Source: an uncultured Bifidobacterium sp. (lineage in GTDB: Bacteria > Fibrobacterota > Fibrobacteria > UBA11236). Taken from it: 51,612 bases of DNA. The position numbers were made by a program, and so were the translations under genes. Under the pieces are notes generated by a model. That model was not told the DNA's origin. It made no database searches and saw nothing but the letters and a program-made list of their open reading frames with translations. This document shows, one piece after another, positions 1-9,211 of this stretch (positions are counted from its first letter, which is position 1; each line of letters opens with the position of its first letter). The DNA lies in assembly GCA_964416695.1 (NCBI GenBank), contig CAYQFG010000001.1, positions 1 through 51,612 on the forward strand. Reading direction: 5' to 3'.

Positions 1-467
1 GCGGCGAAAAGGGCGAGGTGCCCATCGGCTGCGTGATCGTGAAGGACGGGCGCGTGCTGGGGCGTGGCCATAACCAGATGGAAACCCTGCGTGACCCCAC
101 CGCGCATGCGGAGATCCTCGCGATCGGGGCCGCCTGTCAATCGATCGACAACTGGCGGCTGGAAGGCTGCACGCTGTACGTGACGCTGGAGCCATGCCCG
201 ATGTGCGCGGGAGCGATCCTGAACAGCCGTGTCGCGCGCGTGGTGTATGGCGCACGCGACAAGCGCCTGGGCGCGCTCGGTTCGACGTTCAGCATTCTCG
301 AAGACAACCCCATCAACCGCGTCGTGGCGGTGGAGGGGCCCGCGCTGGAAGACGAATGTCTGGACATGTTGCGCGCGTTTTTCCGCGACCTGCGCTCGCG
401 TAAAAAGAACCGGGAGGCGGACCCGGAGCCCGGCGATGCCGGAGAAGGAGTTCTTCCGACGGCCTGA
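1..467 (+). CDS. tadA: tRNA-specific adenosine deaminase TadA, 5' end cut by window edge
   Basis: The frame is open from base 3 (GEKGEVPIGCVIV...). It carries the deaminase zinc motifs HAE (TAHAEILAI) and PCPMC (LEPCPMCAGAI). Stop TGA at 465-467. Confidence 0.9.
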   Translation, partial: GEKGEVPIGCVIVKDGRVLGRGHNQMETLRDPTAHAEILAIGAACQSIDNWRLEGCTLYVTLEPCPMCAGAILNSRVARVVYGARDKRLGALGSTFSILEDNPINRVVAVEGPALEDECLDMLRAFFRDLRSRKKNREADPEPGDAGEGVLPTA

Positions 468-715
468 TCCGTTCCCGCGAGCATTTGTGTTTCGGGCGGT
501 TTCCGAGTAACTTTGGGAGGCTCACCTCGGGAAAACCAGGCCCCGCGCAATGATCGTCGATCCGAACCCCGCCAGGGCGAAAGCAGCAACGGTAGGCTTC
601 GGCATCATGTGCCGCGATCCGGCTTGAAGAGTACCGGGGTGGGTCCTTATTTCTGCCCGCTCATTCTGGGTGCCTTGTGAGTCTTCGGCACGTTGCGGGC
701 GATGGGCCCGAAACC

Positions 716-787
716 TGTGGCCACTTGATGTGGTCCTTGAGCCTGTTGATGTGGTCACTGATATGGCCACTTGAGCCTGTGGTTGAA
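716..787. repeat. Interleaved short direct repeats in a 419-bp convergent intergenic region
   Basis: ggccacttga at 719 and 765; ttgatgtggtc at 725 and 746; cttgagcctgt at 736 and 770. Confidence 0.7.
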
Positions 788-886
788 CCCGGTGCCCCCG
801 TCACTTCGGCCTCCAAAACGCCACGGTGGCCTCAGGGCACACCGCGAGGCGCAGCCTCGCCATACCCCCCTCAACCCTTGGACTTT

Positions 887-1759
887 TTAGTGCTGACGAG
901 TGCCCTCGTTGAGGGCGCCCGTAAAGCCCCACCACTCGCCCAGCGTCACCTCCGATTCGATGCCGACCCCGGAGGTTTTGAACCATTCCTGCCAATGCGG
1001 CTGGTCTTCGGTGCGTTGACCTGAAAAGACGAGGCGGCCGCCGGGCCCGAGGCGGGCGCACAGGGCATCAAGATAGGGCCAGGTTTCCGTGCGGATCATG
1101 TTGACCACGATGACGTCGAAGCGTGCGTGCTCCCGCAGGGAATCCAGCGTGCCCACGTAGAAGGACGGCGCGGGAACATCCTCGAGGGGGTTCAGGTCGA
1201 GGTTCTCCCGCAGGCAGGGGCCGGCCACGGGATCGATGTCGAAGCCTGCGGAAAATTCCGCGCCGCGCCGCGTCGCATACAGCGCCAGGATGCCCGTTCC
1301 GGTGCCCACGTCCAGTACGCTTTTGTTCTTCAGATCGAGGGCTTCCATCAACAAGGCGGCGATGCGGGTCGATTCGTGGGAACCGGTCCCGAAGGCCATT
1401 TTGGCTTCGAGACGGATGACGTGCGCTGTGCCCTCGGGAGCATCCACCCACGGAGGACAAACGGTGAGCGAGGGGGTGACCTCCACGGGGGTCTGCCGTT
1501 CGCGCCAACTGCGATCCCAGTCTTCCCAGGGATTTTCACCCCAGGCCAGGACGGCGTCCGGTCCCAGGGTCTCGCGGGCGATGCGGCAGGCGTCGGCGTC
1601 GGCGAAAGACGCAAGGATCGTCGGACCTGCGGGACCGGCCTCCTCTTCGGTGCCCAAGGCACCCTGTTCAATCAGGGTGTACTGGTCGAATTCCGCGGTT
1701 TCAGGAGACGTGGCAAGGCGCAGCCAGAAGTAGGTCGAAGGATGAGACATGGGGCGCAA
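887..1759 (-). CDS. prmA: Ribosomal protein L11 methyltransferase
   Basis: 290-aa ORF with a PrmA-like layout and the SAM-binding motif VLDVGTGTGILALYA. Also contains MAFGTGSHESTR. Confidence 0.88.
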   Translation of the reverse strand: MRPMSHPSTYFWLRLATSPETAEFDQYTLIEQGALGTEEEAGPAGPTILASFADADACRIARETLGPDAVLAWGENPWEDWDRSWRERQTPVEVTPSLTVCPPWVDAPEGTAHVIRLEAKMAFGTGSHESTRIAALLMEALDLKNKSVLDVGTGTGILALYATRRGAEFSAGFDIDPVAGPCLRENLDLNPLEDVPAPSFYVGTLDSLREHARFDVIVVNMIRTETWPYLDALCARLGPGGRLVFSGQRTEDQPHWQEWFKTSGVGIESEVTLGEWWGFTGALNEGTRQH

Positions 1760-1904
1760 GGTAGGAAAGGCGGGGAGGGGGCGTGAAGCGGTGTGAAAGC
1801 ACGCCGGAAGCCCTCCCGCCGGGAGGAGGGGGAAGTGAAGGCGTGAAGGGGAGGTGAAGGCACGGGGAAATTTTCCCCCTTCGTGCCGGTGTCTCAGCCC
1901 GACG

Positions 1905-2951
1905 TCACGGGCGTTTTACATCCGCCTCGCTGTGGAACCCGTCGGCGACCACGGTGCTCATGATGTTGTCGCGCGTCACCGCGACGGGCTCAAGGAACAG
2001 CGCGGGAACTTCGTATCCCCCGTTGGCCAGCTTCGCGGCGCCGGCATCCAGGGCTTCGCCCCGCGCGGCTTTCACCGCCTGTTCCGCCGCGACCTCCGCC
2101 AGCTTCTGGATGGGTTTGTACACGGTGACCGCCTGAAGTCCCTTCCACACGTTTTGCACGGCGATCAGGTCGGCATCCTGTCCCGAGACGGGAACCTTGC
2201 CGGCCTGTCCCCGGGCCTCCAGCGCCGCGATGGCGCCCGAAGCCGTCCCGTCGTTGCTGGCCACGATGGCGTCGATCGGATGTTTTTGCAGGGCATCCGC
2301 CGTGATGCGCAGCGCTTCGCTGCGCAGCCATTTGTCGCAGGACTGGATGGCCGCAATCCGGACGGCCCCGGCCTCGATGTGCGGACGCAGCACGTTCATG
2401 TGGCCTTCATGAATCATGTCCGAATTCTTGTCCGCCGGGTCGCCCTTGAGGATGAGGTAGTTGCCCCGAGGGACGCGGTCGAGAATGGCCCGCGCCTGGA
2501 TTTCACCCACCTTGACGTTATCGAAAGACAGGTACAGGTCCACAGGGGCATCAGCGATCAGGCGATCGTAGGAAATGACCTTCACGCCTTTCGCCCGCGC
2601 GTTCAGCACGATCGGGCGTGCCGCGTCCGCATTTTTGGGGACGACCACGAGGACCTGAACGCCTTTCGCCAGGAGTCCGTCCGCCTGGCGCAGCTGGGCG
2701 TTGGGATCGCCCGAGGCATCCTGCACGATCACCTCCGCCCCCAGTGCTTTCGCCCTGGCCACGAAAAAATCGCGGTCCCGCTGCCAGCGTTCTTCCTTGA
2801 GGTCGGCGAGGCTGAGGCCGATCACGATCTTGCCGGACGCGGTGTCAGCCGGCTCCTTTTTGCACCCCGTGAACACGGAGAGCGTGCTGATGAGGCCGGC
2901 GACGAGGAGGACCTTGCTGCGGGAGCGGGCGGTTTTCAGGAATGAGGGCAT
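1905..2951 (-). CDS. Sugar (D-xylose/ribose type) ABC-transporter substrate-binding lipoprotein, orphan
   Basis: The ORF track gives 1905..3020. I prefer the ATG at 2951 (MPSFLKTARSRSKVLLVAGLISTLSVFTGC), which gives a lipoprotein signal with a lipobox Cys. The body (KIVIGLSLADLKEERWQRDRDFF...VQVLVVVP...VKVISYDRLI) resembles XylF/RbsB type-1 periplasmic binding proteins. Confidence 0.8.
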   Translation of the reverse strand: MPSFLKTARSRSKVLLVAGLISTLSVFTGCKKEPADTASGKIVIGLSLADLKEERWQRDRDFFVARAKALGAEVIVQDASGDPNAQLRQADGLLAKGVQVLVVVPKNADAARPIVLNARAKGVKVISYDRLIADAPVDLYLSFDNVKVGEIQARAILDRVPRGNYLILKGDPADKNSDMIHEGHMNVLRPHIEAGAVRIAAIQSCDKWLRSEALRITADALQKHPIDAIVASNDGTASGAIAALEARGQAGKVPVSGQDADLIAVQNVWKGLQAVTVYKPIQKLAEVAAEQAVKAARGEALDAGAAKLANGGYEVPALFLEPVAVTRDNIMSTVVADGFHSEADVKRP

Positions 2952-3174
2952 GACGACTCCGGAATCTCCGTCTCCCCGTAGGGAAAGCGGAACGTAAACG
3001 GGACACCGATCGAACGGCAAAACCGAAATCTACACCGGTGTCGTCCTGTGCGCATGCGGAACCCGCGGGCAGCCCGGTTTCGGGCGGGCAGGGGCGCGGC
3101 GCGTGCCTTCCGGGCAGAAGGGTGTGACACGCGGCAACCGGAGTCCCCGATTCGATCGGCGACGGAACGACGCC

Positions 3175-4038
3175 ATGCGGTCTACATTTGAGACAATGAT
3201 TTTTCTTGACAACGACCAGCTGCGCGTCAGTGTGCTGGATCCTGTACGCGACCGCGCCCGCCTGGGCAGCCGTTATTGTGCGGGAGGTTATATCTGGCAG
3301 GTGGAGGACAAGCGGCGCGGCCCGTTGCTGTCGGGGCCGTTTTATCCCGGAGAGACCACGCCCTTCGACGGGCAGGGGGCTCCCGAGGTGTTCGAGGCCG
3401 CTCTGGGTGCGGAGACGGCGGCCGTCGGCGAAGACGTCTGCGTGATCGGCGTCGGCACGGTCCGCCGCGACAGTTCCGTGACGCCGTTTCACGTGCGGGA
3501 CAATCCGGTGGTGACCGCCTTCGCCGACTGGATCGTCGTGTCGGGTGTGGACACCGTGCGGATGTGCACGGTGCAGAGGTACGGCGATGCGGTCGTGGAA
3601 GTCAAGCGCGACGTGGGCCTGATCGACCGCCGCGTGATTTCCCTGACCACCACGCTGAACCACGGCGCGCGCGCCGTGCCGCTGCGCTGGTTCGCGCATC
3701 CGTTCTTTCCGGTGATGGAACGGTTGTGCCGGTTCTCGCGGGAGTTGACGATTCCCGAGAACCCGGCCTTCACGGTGACGGCCGGACGCGAGCTGCGCCG
3801 CATGGGGGCATACGACTGGGACAAAGGATTTTACCAGCCGTCCACGATGCGGGGGGATGAGCCGCTGGTCGTGGAACAGTCCCACCCCCTGACGGGTGTC
3901 GTCCATGTGGAATGCGGCTTTCCCGTCTCGAAAATGCCCGTGTGGGGCAACGCCCGCACGTTTTCGTTCGAGCCGTATTTCGAGACCGTGCTGGAACCCG
4001 GACAGCACGCGGCGTGGAGCATGGCCTACACCTTCTGA
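3175..4038 (+). CDS. Hypothetical protein, possibly galactose-mutarotase-like (aldose 1-epimerase superfamily)
   Basis: ATG at 3175 ([23 protein letters not shown]...). The N-terminal LxNxxLxVxV pattern and the C-terminal [16 protein letters not shown]...W..AYTF resemble mutarotase-fold proteins. This assignment comes from pattern memory only. Confidence 0.5.
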   Translation: MRSTFETMIFLDNDQLRVSVLDPVRDRARLGSRYCAGGYIWQVEDKRRGPLLSGPFYPGETTPFDGQGAPEVFEAALGAETAAVGEDVCVIGVGTVRRDSSVTPFHVRDNPVVTAFADWIVVSGVDTVRMCTVQRYGDAVVEVKRDVGLIDRRVISLTTTLNHGARAVPLRWFAHPFFPVMERLCRFSRELTIPENPAFTVTAGRELRRMGAYDWDKGFYQPSTMRGDEPLVVEQSHPLTGVVHVECGFPVSKMPVWGNARTFSFEPYFETVLEPGQHAAWSMAYTF

Positions 4039-4049
4039 AGCGGATGGAC

Positions 4050-4071
4050 GCGTCCTTCACGCGTCCTTCAC
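4050..4071. repeat. 11-bp tandem duplication (gcgtccttcac x2)
   Basis: Read directly from the sequence, in intergenic DNA upstream of recO. Confidence 0.8.
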
Positions 4072-4218
4072 GGGGCCTTCGTCGCCTCCCCGCACCTCCG
4101 GGGACATCCCGCCCACCTCCTTCGCCGCGCCAGGGCGCCGCTCCGCGGGCTTCGTTCCGGGAGGCGCCCCGTCCGGGCGCTTCCGTTCGGCCCTGTTTCC
4201 TTTTATCGTTCCGCTTCC

Positions 4219-5109
4219 ATGGCCAACATCACCGATACCGGGTTCATCCTGCGCAAGATTCCGTATTCGGAGTCGAGCCTGATCCTCAAGGCGTACACGC
4301 GGGAACATGGCTTGGTCTCGTTCATGGCCAAGGGCGCGAAGCGCCAGAAGTCCCGTCTGCACGGCCTGCTGGAGCCGGTCGTGCATCTCCAGTTTCTCTT
4401 CCCGGCGCAATCGCGGGGGGACATGCGCATCCTCTCGGATGTCGCGCTCTTGCGCGACCATCCCGGCGTGCGCGAGGACATTGTCAAACAGGCGCTGGCG
4501 CAGGCCTGCGGCGAGGTCTTGCTCAAGTACATGCCCGACGAGGCGCGGGCCCCCGACTTTCATGACGGCTTGCTGAGGACCATGGGGCAGCTGGAAGCCG
4601 CGCCGGCATGGCGGCGGGCCCTCGAGGTGATCTTCGCCGGCTATCTGCTCGACTTCTGCCGGTTGTCGGGGTTTCAACCGCAGTTCCGCTTCTGCATCCG
4701 CTGCGACGCGCGGGTGTTCGCCCCCGTCGCGGCCGGACTGTCCACCGCACAAACCCTTGTGTTCCTGACCGATCAGGGCGGACCGGTCTGCGTCCGGTGT
4801 GAACGGCAGTCGGAGGGAGGGGGGGGCGAAGCGCGCCTGCGCGACCGCGTCGTGCGCTGGCTGGATGCCGTCCAGTCCCGGAACGCCGGGTCAACAGGGG
4901 GCTTGACGGAGGCGGGCGCAGGCGCGGGCAGGGTGGGCCCGGGGAGGGATGCGGCCGGAGCTGAGGATCTCGCCGAACCGCTGCCGGACATCAGCTGGCG
5001 TGAGGCCGAGCAGGCGGAGGAATTCCTCCTGCAGTTTCTCGGCCGCCACGCGGGCGGCCAGAAACTCGTCAAGTCCATCGGGGTGTGGCGCGCTCTGATG
5101 GATGGGTAA
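4219..5109 (+). CDS. recO: DNA repair protein RecO
   Basis: N-terminal OB-fold region (ITDTGFILRKIPYSESSLILKAYTREHGLVSFMAKGAKR) and zinc-finger cysteines (CIRCD...CVRCE). It carries a Gly/Ala-rich insert near the C-terminus. Confidence 0.85.
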   Translation: MANITDTGFILRKIPYSESSLILKAYTREHGLVSFMAKGAKRQKSRLHGLLEPVVHLQFLFPAQSRGDMRILSDVALLRDHPGVREDIVKQALAQACGEVLLKYMPDEARAPDFHDGLLRTMGQLEAAPAWRRALEVIFAGYLLDFCRLSGFQPQFRFCIRCDARVFAPVAAGLSTAQTLVFLTDQGGPVCVRCERQSEGGGGEARLRDRVVRWLDAVQSRNAGSTGGLTEAGAGAGRVGPGRDAAGAEDLAEPLPDISWREAEQAEEFLLQFLGRHAGGQKLVKSIGVWRALMDG

Positions 5110-5188
5110 GGGGACCCGGCACGCTCCGGCCCGCCATGCCTTGCGGGGCCCCGCCGGCGTCTCGGCGGGGAGACCGGCGTTCCGGGCA

Positions 5189-5218
5189 GTCGTTGGTATT
5201 TGGCTGTCGTTGGTATTT
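5189..5218. repeat. Direct repeat gtcgttggtattt x2 (17-bp period)
   Basis: Copies at 5189-5201 and 5206-5218, upstream of gluQ. Confidence 0.8.
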
Positions 5219-5288
5219 TAAAGGGGAGAGGACGCTCGCCTGACGGGAACGGACAAACCCGCCGCCGCCTCGGCACCAGCCTTATTCT

Positions 5289-5324
5289 TATCCACCGTCA
5301 TATCCACCGTCATATCCCCCGCAT
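5289..5324. repeat. 12-bp tandem repeat x3 (tatccaccgtca, tatccaccgtca, tatcccccgcat)
   Basis: Read directly from the sequence. It ends 9 bp before the GTG start of gluQ. Confidence 0.85.
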
Positions 5325-5333
5325 CACCTGCCC

Positions 5334-6329
5334 GTGAAACTCCATACGCGTCTCGCGCCCACACCCAGCGGCCTGCTGCATCTCGGCAATGCCTGGTCGT
5401 TCACGCTGACCTGGCTGGCCGCGCGCGCGACCGGAGGCACGGTGCGCCTGCGCATCGACGATCTCGACGCCGTCCGGGTGCAGGATGAATATCTCGATGA
5501 TGTGTTCGCCTCCCTGCATTGGCTCGGCCTCGACTGGGATGCCGGACCGCGTGATGCGGCGGGATTCCGGGCGTACGATTCCCAACGCCTGCGCCTCGAC
5601 ATTTACCATGACGCCGTCCGCCTGCGGCTGATTCCCGGGGAACATGTCTATGCGTGCGCCTGTTCGCGCGCGCGCATCCGGGCTGCCGGGCCGCTGTACC
5701 CCGGCACCTGTCGCGACCTCGGCACCTCCCTCGCGCTGTTTTACGACGACGCCCCTGTGGACCTCACCGAGTGCGCGCTGCGCTTCCGGGTGCCGCCCGG
5801 GCCGGTGGCCCAGCGCGAGGCCGACGGCGGCACCGCGTGGCTTTACCCGGCGCGCGACATGGGCGACTTCGTCGTGGTCCGCCGCGACCGCGAGCCGGCC
5901 TACCAGCTCGCCTCCGTGGTCGACGACCGCGCGCACGGCATCAACTTCGTCGTGCGCGGCCAGGACCTGGTGCCGTCCACCGGTGCGCAGCTCGCGCTCG
6001 CCGCCGCGCTCGGCTACCGCGATTTCACCACCGTCAGGTTCTGGCACCACCCCCTGGTCCTCAACGATCACCACGAAAAGCTCTCCAAGTCGCGCGGCGC
6101 GGAATCCCTCGCGGCCCTGCGGGTACGCTTTCCCGACCCGGCGCCGGTGTTCCAGTGGTTCGCCCGGGCGCTCGGGCTCCCGGGGGACACCGCGCGCACC
6201 GTGCGGACGGCGGCGGACCTGCAGCGCCTCGTCACCGCGTCCGCACACTTCCCCCCCGCCCTCGCACCCTCCGGACCACTTTATTTCTCCGATTTTCACC
6301 GTTTCTTGGCGGAATCAGGTCACGGATAG
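5334..6329 (+). CDS. gluQ: Glutamyl-Q tRNA(Asp) synthetase / truncated GluRS paralogue
   Basis: GTG start. HIGH-like motif PSGLLHLGN, KLSKS motif (HEKLSKSRG), and no anticodon-binding domain at 331 aa. Confidence 0.8.
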   Translation: MKLHTRLAPTPSGLLHLGNAWSFTLTWLAARATGGTVRLRIDDLDAVRVQDEYLDDVFASLHWLGLDWDAGPRDAAGFRAYDSQRLRLDIYHDAVRLRLIPGEHVYACACSRARIRAAGPLYPGTCRDLGTSLALFYDDAPVDLTECALRFRVPPGPVAQREADGGTAWLYPARDMGDFVVVRRDREPAYQLASVVDDRAHGINFVVRGQDLVPSTGAQLALAAALGYRDFTTVRFWHHPLVLNDHHEKLSKSRGAESLAALRVRFPDPAPVFQWFARALGLPGDTARTVRTAADLQRLVTASAHFPPALAPSGPLYFSDFHRFLAESGHG

Positions 6330-6378
6330 CGCTCAAGCCGTGCCCGCGGGTTCCCTACAGGTTACATTGGGGGCAGCC

Positions 6379-7134
6379 ATGCTCACCGCTGCTGACCTCG
6401 CCCGCCATCCGGGACCGCTCGCCGTTTGTACCGCTTACGATTACCCCTTCGCCCGCGTCCTTGAGCGCGCCGGCGTGGATGTCATCCTCGTCGGGGACTC
6501 CCTCGCCAACGTCGTGCTCGGGTTGCCCAGCACCCGGGGCGTGGGAATGCCGGAGATGGAGCTGTTCGCGGCCGCTGTGCGCCGGGGGGCGCCCGCGACC
6601 CACGTCTGCATGGACCTTCCCTACGGCGCGGACGCGACGGTGGAAGCCGCCGTGCGCAACGCCACGCGCCTCGTGGAGATCGGGGCCAACTCCGTCAAGC
6701 TCGAGGGGTCCAAACCCGGCGTCATCCAGGCGTTGGTGGAAAACGGCATCCCGGTCATCGGTCATCTCGGCGTATTGCCGCAAACCGCGCAGTCGTTCCG
6801 GCGCGTCGGCGTGGAGGATGCGGACCGCGAGCGTCTGCTGGCGGAGGCCCGGGCCATCCGCGACGCGGGCGTCAGCGCGATGGTGCTTGAGAACGTGGAG
6901 GCGGAGACGGCCCGTGCGATCACGCTGGCGGTCGATGTGCCCACCATCGGCATCGGTGCGGGCACCGGCACCACCGGGCAGGTGCAGGTTCTCCACGATG
7001 TGCTGGGTCTGGCCGAAAAGTCGCCGCCGTTCGCGCGGGCGTTTACCGATCTGGACACCGCCGCCACCCAAGCCGTGGGTGAGTACGTCCAATGGGTTCG
7101 GAAACACACAGGGCAGGGGGGGAAAGCGGACTGA
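6379..7134 (+). CDS. panB: 3-methyl-2-oxobutanoate hydroxymethyltransferase
   Basis: Only the 3' part of the long ORF 5644..7134 is credible. ATG at 6379 (MLTAADL...). Motifs include VILVGDSLANVVLG, NSVKLEG and TIGIGAG. Confidence 0.88.
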   Translation: MLTAADLARHPGPLAVCTAYDYPFARVLERAGVDVILVGDSLANVVLGLPSTRGVGMPEMELFAAAVRRGAPATHVCMDLPYGADATVEAAVRNATRLVEIGANSVKLEGSKPGVIQALVENGIPVIGHLGVLPQTAQSFRRVGVEDADRERLLAEARAIRDAGVSAMVLENVEAETARAITLAVDVPTIGIGAGTGTTGQVQVLHDVLGLAEKSPPFARAFTDLDTAATQAVGEYVQWVRKHTGQGGKAD

Positions 7135-7307
7135 CCTTTGGTCAGCCCGGGCGCGACCGGCAGGGCAGGTCGGGTCGCCAGGATGGGGCCGGTCGGGCCG
7201 GTTGACCCGTGGCGTGGAACGGGGCAAGGCTCCCGCGGCGGCCCGGCGCCGGCGATCATTGCGGGCTGCCGTTTCATGTCGCCGCCGTTTTATGTTGATC
7301 ATTGCCG

Positions 7308-7345
7308 CTCACTGTCGCTCACTGTCCCTCACTGTCCCTCACTGT
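7308..7345. repeat. 10-bp tandem repeat, about 4 copies (ctcactgtcS)
   Basis: ctcactgtcg ctcactgtcc ctcactgtcc ctcactgtgg, 70 bp upstream of the CDS at 7415. Confidence 0.85.
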
Positions 7346-7414
7346 GGGGAGGGCGAGGATTCCGGATCGCCGCCGCCGTCTCAGGGCCTCTCGGGTCATA
7401 TTACCTTTCAGGGC

Positions 7415-7807
7415 ATGTCCGATGAACATGCGCTCCCCGGATCATCTTCCGGCGACAACAGCCTGCGCCCCGAGCCGGGTCTGGAAATCGTCGAAGGCCG
7501 TGAATTCCTCGCGGAGAACGTGGCGATTTCAGGGCGGCATTTCATCCGCTGCTCCTTCAACTTCTGCAACCTGATCTATGCGGGCGGCCCCGTCGGGCTG
7601 GTCGAATGCGGCGGCACGAACAACGAACTCGTCGAGGTCGGTCCCGTGAAGGAAGCCATCACCGGATATGCCCCGGACGCGATCCGGGACAAGATGCTCC
7701 GCTACTGGAAGGATGTCCGGCGCGGTCTCAATCTTGAAGTCCCGGAAACCCGCGCCCCGTCGGGCACTGCGGGCCCTGCGGGAACGCCGGCCGCCGACGA
7801 GGGGTAG
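7415..7807 (+). CDS. Hypothetical protein (130 aa)
   Basis: ATG at 7415 inside the read-through ORF 5654..7807. Third codon positions are G/C-biased as in neighbouring genes. I recognise no family. Confidence 0.5.
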   Translation: MSDEHALPGSSSGDNSLRPEPGLEIVEGREFLAENVAISGRHFIRCSFNFCNLIYAGGPVGLVECGGTNNELVEVGPVKEAITGYAPDAIRDKMLRYWKDVRRGLNLEVPETRAPSGTAGPAGTPAADEG

Positions 7808-7924
7808 GTGACCGCAGGTGATGGGGCAGGGTGAGGGGCGCCTGGCCCACCAACCCCTCTCCGGTCCTTGCTTTCGGTACACTGCGGATGCTTGCACCCC
7901 GCGCGTGGGGTCTTGCCGCGTCGC

Positions 7925-8033
7925 CCGCCTCGGCATTGTACTGACCGGCCTCGGCGCTATATTGACCGGCCTCGGCGTTGTACTGACCCGCCTCGGCCTT
8001 CTACTGACTGACCGGCCTCGGCCTTGTACTGAC
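7925..8033. repeat. 21-bp tandem repeat, 5 copies with a 4-bp insertion before the last
   Basis: Units begin at 7925, 7946, 7967, 7988 and 8013, with consensus cSgcctcggcNNtgtactgac. An extra tgac sits at 8009-8012. Confidence 0.9.
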
Positions 8034-8056
8034 CCGGATTCACTGACCCGGAGGCG

Positions 8057-9211
8057 TCAGGCCCCGGCGCCGGTCAGGACGACCCGCGTGATTTCCGACG
8101 TGGTGCCGATGCGCATGGGGGGCCCCCAGAATCCCGTTCCGGGGCTGACATACAATTGCGAGGCTCCTTCACGGTGGAGGCCGTCGAGGTAGGGTTGCTC
8201 GAGCTTGACCAGCCAGTTGAAGGGAACGATCTGACCGCCGTGGACATGGCCTGAGAGCTGCAGGTCTACGCCGGCGCGTGCGGCCGCGGGGAACGCGACG
8301 GGCTGATGGGCGAGCAGGACCACGGGTTTGGCGGCGTCGCGGCCGGCGAGGGCCTTGTCCAGATCGGGGCCGTGACCAGGGGCCATGCCCAGGGATTTCG
8401 CGTCGTCGATGCCGGCGAGGTCGAACAGGCCGCGGATGTCGACGCGTTCGTTGCGCAACGTCGGAATGCCGAGGGTTTGCAGGTGCGCGATCCAGGGATC
8501 GGCGCCGGAGTAATACTCGTGGTTTCCGGTGACGAACCAGACGCCGTCGGGTGCGGAGAGCTGCGCCAGCGGGGCGGCGTGCGCACGCAACTCGTCCACG
8601 CTGCCGTCCACCAGGTCTCCCGTGATCACGATCAGGTCGGGATTCAGCGCATTGGTTTCGCGCACGATGTCTTCGATGTAACTCCGGTTGATGATGGGGC
8701 CGATGTGGATGTCGGTCAACTGTACGATGACGTAGCCCGAGGCCTCGCGCGGCAGTTTGTCGAGGGTGACCTCCACGGTCTTGATGCGGAAGCCGCGCGC
8801 ATGCAGGATGCCGCCCACGCCGGTCGCCAAGGCCGCCGTGGCGATGCCCCCGGCGAACAGGCGGCCGAGGAAATGGCGGCGGTCGGGATCCTGCGGCATC
8901 AGCCCCGTCAGCTGGCTCGCCAGGCGGGCGAGATCCCCCATCAGCGAAAACACGAAGAGATAGAACAGGATGCCCATCCAGGAGTAAACCAGCCAGGAGA
9001 GCGGTGTGACCACCGCACGCGGCCAGCTGTCGCGGATCAGGAACATGAGGGGGATGGCCGTGCACAGCGCGATCAGCGCGACGGCGGCCGCGCGGCCCCA
9101 CGGCGGCGGTAAGGCGGCGTTGCGGACCACCCGGAACCACACGTACAGGTGGACGAGCGAGAGGATGGAGGTCACGACGCTGAGGAAGATGAGAAGGCGG
9201 GCGAGAGTCAT
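8057..9211 (-). CDS. Membrane-anchored metallophosphoesterase (calcineurin-like)
   Basis: Preferred start is the ATG at 9211 (MTLARLLIFLSVV...). The N-terminus has TM helices. Phosphoesterase motifs are LTDIHIG, GDLVDG, GNHEYY and GHVHGG. Confidence 0.85.
   Translation of the reverse strand: MTLARLLIFLSVVTSILSLVHLYVWFRVVRNAALPPPWGRAAAVALIALCTAIPLMFLIRDSWPRAVVTPLSWLVYSWMGILFYLFVFSLMGDLARLASQLTGLMPQDPDRRHFLGRLFAGGIATAALATGVGGILHARGFRIKTVEVTLDKLPREASGYVIVQLTDIHIGPIINRSYIEDIVRETNALNPDLIVITGDLVDGSVDELRAHAAPLAQLSAPDGVWFVTGNHEYYSGADPWIAHLQTLGIPTLRNERVDIRGLFDLAGIDDAKSLGMAPGHGPDLDKALAGRDAAKPVVLLAHQPVAFPAAARAGVDLQLSGHVHGGQIVPFNWLVKLEQPYLDGLHREGASQLYVSPGTGFWGPPMRIGTTSEITRVVLTGAGA

Noticed and set aside
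522-608. 28-aa minus-strand ORF MMPKPTVAAFALAGFGSTIIARGLVFPR as a small membrane protein
   Set aside because: It has no Shine-Dalgarno-like sequence upstream and is too short to evaluate from sequence alone.
5644-7807. Two very long plus-strand ORFs (5644..7134 and 5654..7807) overlapping gluQ
   Set aside because: Their 5' portions are alternative frames of gluQ with Arg/Pro-rich products. Only the panB segment from 6379 and the 7415-7807 segment look like real coding sequence.
7308-8033. Possible CRISPR array
   Set aside because: The repeats are head-to-tail with no unique spacers, the units are only 10 and 21 bp, and there are no cas genes in the window.
7818-8192. 124-aa ORF reading the 21-bp repeat as an LGxxLTG heptad array
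   Set aside because: It has no convincing RBS, it overlaps the 3' end of the metallophosphoesterase gene, and a 4-bp indel breaks the repeat frame. I kept it as a finding about the repeat, not as a CDS.
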